Shown here piece after piece: positions 60,801-64,000 of a stretch of DNA of 64,000 nucleotides. Made by a program: the position numbers and the translations under genes. Below the pieces are notes generated by a model. That model had not been told where the DNA came from and searched no databases. It worked only from the letters and a program-made list of their open reading frames with translations. Position 1 is the stretch's first letter, and each line of letters opens with the position of its first letter. The DNA is taken from positions 37,944,001-38,008,000 of the forward strand of contig NC_135898.1 in assembly GCF_964194155.1 (NCBI RefSeq). Reading direction: 5' to 3'. The DNA is from Cetorhinus maximus (Eukaryota).

Positions 60801-61705
60801 TCCACTTCTATTTTAAAGCAGGCATTCATCTATTTATTTTAGATGACTTACTGCTCCTGTTAAATGAGTAGACCAAGAAATGCCATATGAATTGGCAACA
60901 GAAATTTATAGGCCACAGTACAGTACAGACCTGGGAATTGGAGGAGGTAGGGGTCAGGAGATTGGGGCTCACGCAGGGATGTGTGGCAGGGCGGTCAGGA
61001 GCAGCAGCAATGTGATGAGTTGAATTGGTGTAAGGGGAGCAACCAGTAAGGGGTGAATGAAACCCGGGTACATTAGTCTGGATCACAGTGAAAAATTGTT
61101 TCCGTGGGTTGAAGAATGGGGAACAAGGGGTTGCAGACTGAACTTGAGACTGGCAAAGCTCCCAATGGTGGAGCAGTTGCAATCTGGGATGCCCAAGAGA
61201 CCAGATTTGAAGCAGTGCAAAGATGTAGGAGGGTTGTAGGGATGGAGGGGATTACAGGCCATAGAGGGATTTGAAAACAAGGATGATATTTTAAAATTGA
61301 GGCATTGTCATTCAGGCAGACAATATAGATCAGTGAGCACAGGACTGATGGGTGAATGGGGTTTGATACATATTAGAATATGGGTAGTTGAGTTGTGGAT
61401 GGGCTCAAGTTTATGTGGGGCGGAAAATGGGAGACTGGCCAGGAGGGCAATGAAATATTAAAGTCCAGAGGATTTCAGCAGCAGATGAGTTGAGACAGGA
61501 ACAAAGTTGGGTGATGTTATGGAGGTGGACATGGGCAGTGTTGGAGATGGTATAGATAAGCAGTCAAAAGTTCATCTTGAGGTGAAATACAGCACCAAGA
61601 TTGTGGATGGTTGGACCACCATAAGGCAAGAATGTGGTGAGCTCTGAAGACAATGGTTTTGGTCTTCCCAATTTCTGTTCATCCGATACGGCTGTCAGAC
61701 AAGCG

Positions 61706-62515
61706 TTTTTTTTATTCTTTCTTGAGGTATGGGCATCACAGGCTAGGCCAGCATTTATTGCCCATCACTAATTACCCTTGGGAAGATAGTAATGAGCTGC
61801 TGCCTTGAACCACTGCAGGCCATGTGGTATAGGTACACCCACAGTGCTGTTAGGAAGGGAGTTCCATAATTTTGATCCAGCGAGAGTGAAGGAACGGTGA
61901 CATAGTTCCAAGTCAGGATGGCGTGTGACTTGGAGGGGAACTTGCAGGTTCCCGTGCATCTGCTGCCCTTGTTGTTTGAGGTGGTAGAGGTCATGGTTTT
62001 GGAAGGTGCTGTCAATGGAGCCTTGGTGAATTGCTGCAGTGCATCTTGTAGATGGTACACACTGCTGCCACTGTTGGTCAGTGGTGGAGGGAGCTAATTT
62101 TTGTGGATGTGGTGCCAATCGAGCAGGCTGCTTTGTCCTGGATGGTGTCAAGCTTCTTGAGTGTTGTTGGAGCTGCACTCATCCAGGCAAGAGAAGAGTA
62201 TTCTATCACACTCCTGACTTTTGCCTTGTAGATGGTGGACAGGCTTTGTGGAGTCAGAAGGTGAGTTACTTGCTGCAGGATTCCTAGCCTCTGACCTACC
62301 CTTGTGGCCACATATGGCTGGTCCAATTCAGTTTCTGGTCAATGGATGTTAACAGAAAGGAATTCAGCGATGGTAATGCCATTGAATGTCAAGGGGAGAT
62401 AGTTAGATTCTCTCTTGTTGGAGATGGTCATTGCCTGGCATGAATTGTGTACTGTGAATGTTACTTGCCACTTAGCAGCCCAAGCCTGAATGTTGCTCAC
62501 GTCTTGCAGCATATG
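61706..62515 (-). mobile_element. LINE 3' fragment (10095-11996 family)
   Basis: LSTIYKAKVRSVIEYSSLAWMSAAPTTLKKLDTIQDKAA plus the family tail. Confidence 0.88.
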
Positions 62516-63029
62516 GAGCTTGATAATTTAGAGACTGTGGAAGAGCTGAGAGAGGTGATGGTGAGGTAATTTTGGTTGTAATCAGCATGCCTGTATTTTC
62601 AGATGTTTGTGGAGAGGAAGCATGTAGATGAGAAGTAGAATGATGCCAAAGGTAGATCTTTTAGGAAAATAGTAACAGAATTCAACAGGACATAGACATG
62701 CTTGTAGAATATGAAACAGGGTATTATGGTATTATTACCAGTGATTTATAGATAAACAATGGGTTATTTTATTACTGTTGGTTCCAAGGGTTTCTGAGTT
62801 TTACCAGTATTACTATTTGTACTTGGTGCAATTTCAGTGAGTTACTGCAGTGAGCAAAATCAAACTTCCTCCTATCCCTGATCTAGCACCCCTGCAAATC
62901 CAGCCCCCCAACCAGTTTCCCCTCTTCACCTGCTCCCAGCTGGCCTCCTGGAACTTTGTAACTTCTTGACAACGGCTCCTATCAAATCAAGCAAAAGTGC
63001 TCAACTATAAGTGACACACCCTTATAAGA

Positions 63030-63401
63030 TAGGGTTACCAATCCTTCTGGATCACCCTGGAGTATCCAGGAATTAAAATTTAACCTAACTGGACACTGCT
63101 GCAAGCAACACTAGGAAAAATTCATAGTGTTATTAAAAAGATCGGGTTTGTAAAATTTTCTTTGAACACTTTTTTTATTGGCTCTGAAGCTGTTGGAGTT
63201 GGTGACAAAAGGCTGATTAATAGTCCAGAATTATTCAATTGGATAACAGCCTACTCATTATCCAATTAGTTTGGAGCTAGTGATCTGCATGATTGGTTGA
63301 GTTGGCCAATCAATGCAGAAGTGTGGGGGTGGGGTGGTTAGAGACATGAGGCCATGTGAAGACACCTCCAGAAACATGACCAAACCGAATTGGTAACCCT
63401 A
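63030..63401. mobile_element. Non-autonomous hAT (Blackjack-like) DNA transposon
   Basis: Perfect 13-bp TIRs TAGGGTTACCAAT / ATTGGTAACCCTA; 8-bp flanks TTATAAGA / TAATAAGG (6/8) fit a decayed hAT TSD. Confidence 0.8.
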
Positions 63402-64000
63402 TAATAAGGCAAAATCAATGTTTACCGATGCCATATAATCAGATAGTTCTGTTCTTTCCCCTAATAGGGTTTTTGTCTATATTTAAGAACATTGCGATTT
63501 AGATACAATTCACAAAGGACTATGCAGGAGAGAAAAAACAATAGATACTACTTCACAGCTACTGCCATTTTACCTGGAAAAACTTGACATTAACATTTCA
63601 TAACTTGGCAGCTATCATTGCAGGTCTGGTACTTTGATACATATTTCCATCACTTGGACAGGAAACTAGACCCAGACATCACTCAAGGCAGCTGCTAAGA
63701 GCTTGTATGTAGTACTTACTGTTCAGTTATGCTTTGAAGGGTTTCCTGTTGATGAAAGACACAGAAGTGGAGCATCTGTAAGTCATCAAATTTGAGTTAA
63801 ATCACCGTTATCGCAAGACCTCTTTCAAACCTGAACTGAAATTGGACAAGACTATCAAAATGTATTGCTGGTGACCAATCAGACAACATTTAAAAGAACT
63901 TATTGAGGACCTATACAACAGTTCTTGCACAGCTTCTATTGGCAAGAATACCCTCATTACCAAATGTGGAGCTGGTCTTGCAGCTATCCATGGAATAATC

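Noticed and set aside
57900-64000. IPMK or another gene downstream of CISD1
   Set aside because: No recognisable coding exon; the sequence is AT-rich or repeat-derived. A long UTR or intron of a neighbouring gene cannot be excluded.

Overview
Vertebrate nuclear DNA; the repeat landscape (Penelope-like elements, CR1/L2 LINEs, Deu-domain SINEs) points to a cartilaginous fish such as a shark. Three spliced genes can be built by hand: TFAM (minus strand, exons 1-2, continuing off the left edge), a complete 7-exon, 147-aa UBE2D1-type E2 (minus) and a complete 3-exon, 105-aa CISD1/mitoNEET (plus), head-to-head with UBE2D1. Most of the remainder is transposon-derived. The most interesting layer is the Penelope-like (GIY-YIG) retroelement family. 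Its pseudo-LTRs carry about 15 recognisable minimal hammerhead-ribozyme motifs with covarying stems and non-canonical core variants. Several insertions have target-site duplications and 5' inversions ranging from 11 bp to about 1 kb. One copy's 5' junction runs directly into about 39 near-perfect 17-bp repeats copied from the neighbouring SINE. There is also a ~950-bp-arm inverted duplication with a templated junction insert, and a second inverted duplication inside CISD1 intron 2. No rRNA, true tRNA or CRISPR is present. All calls were made by eye; repeat boundaries are approximate and comparisons with other species come from memory.
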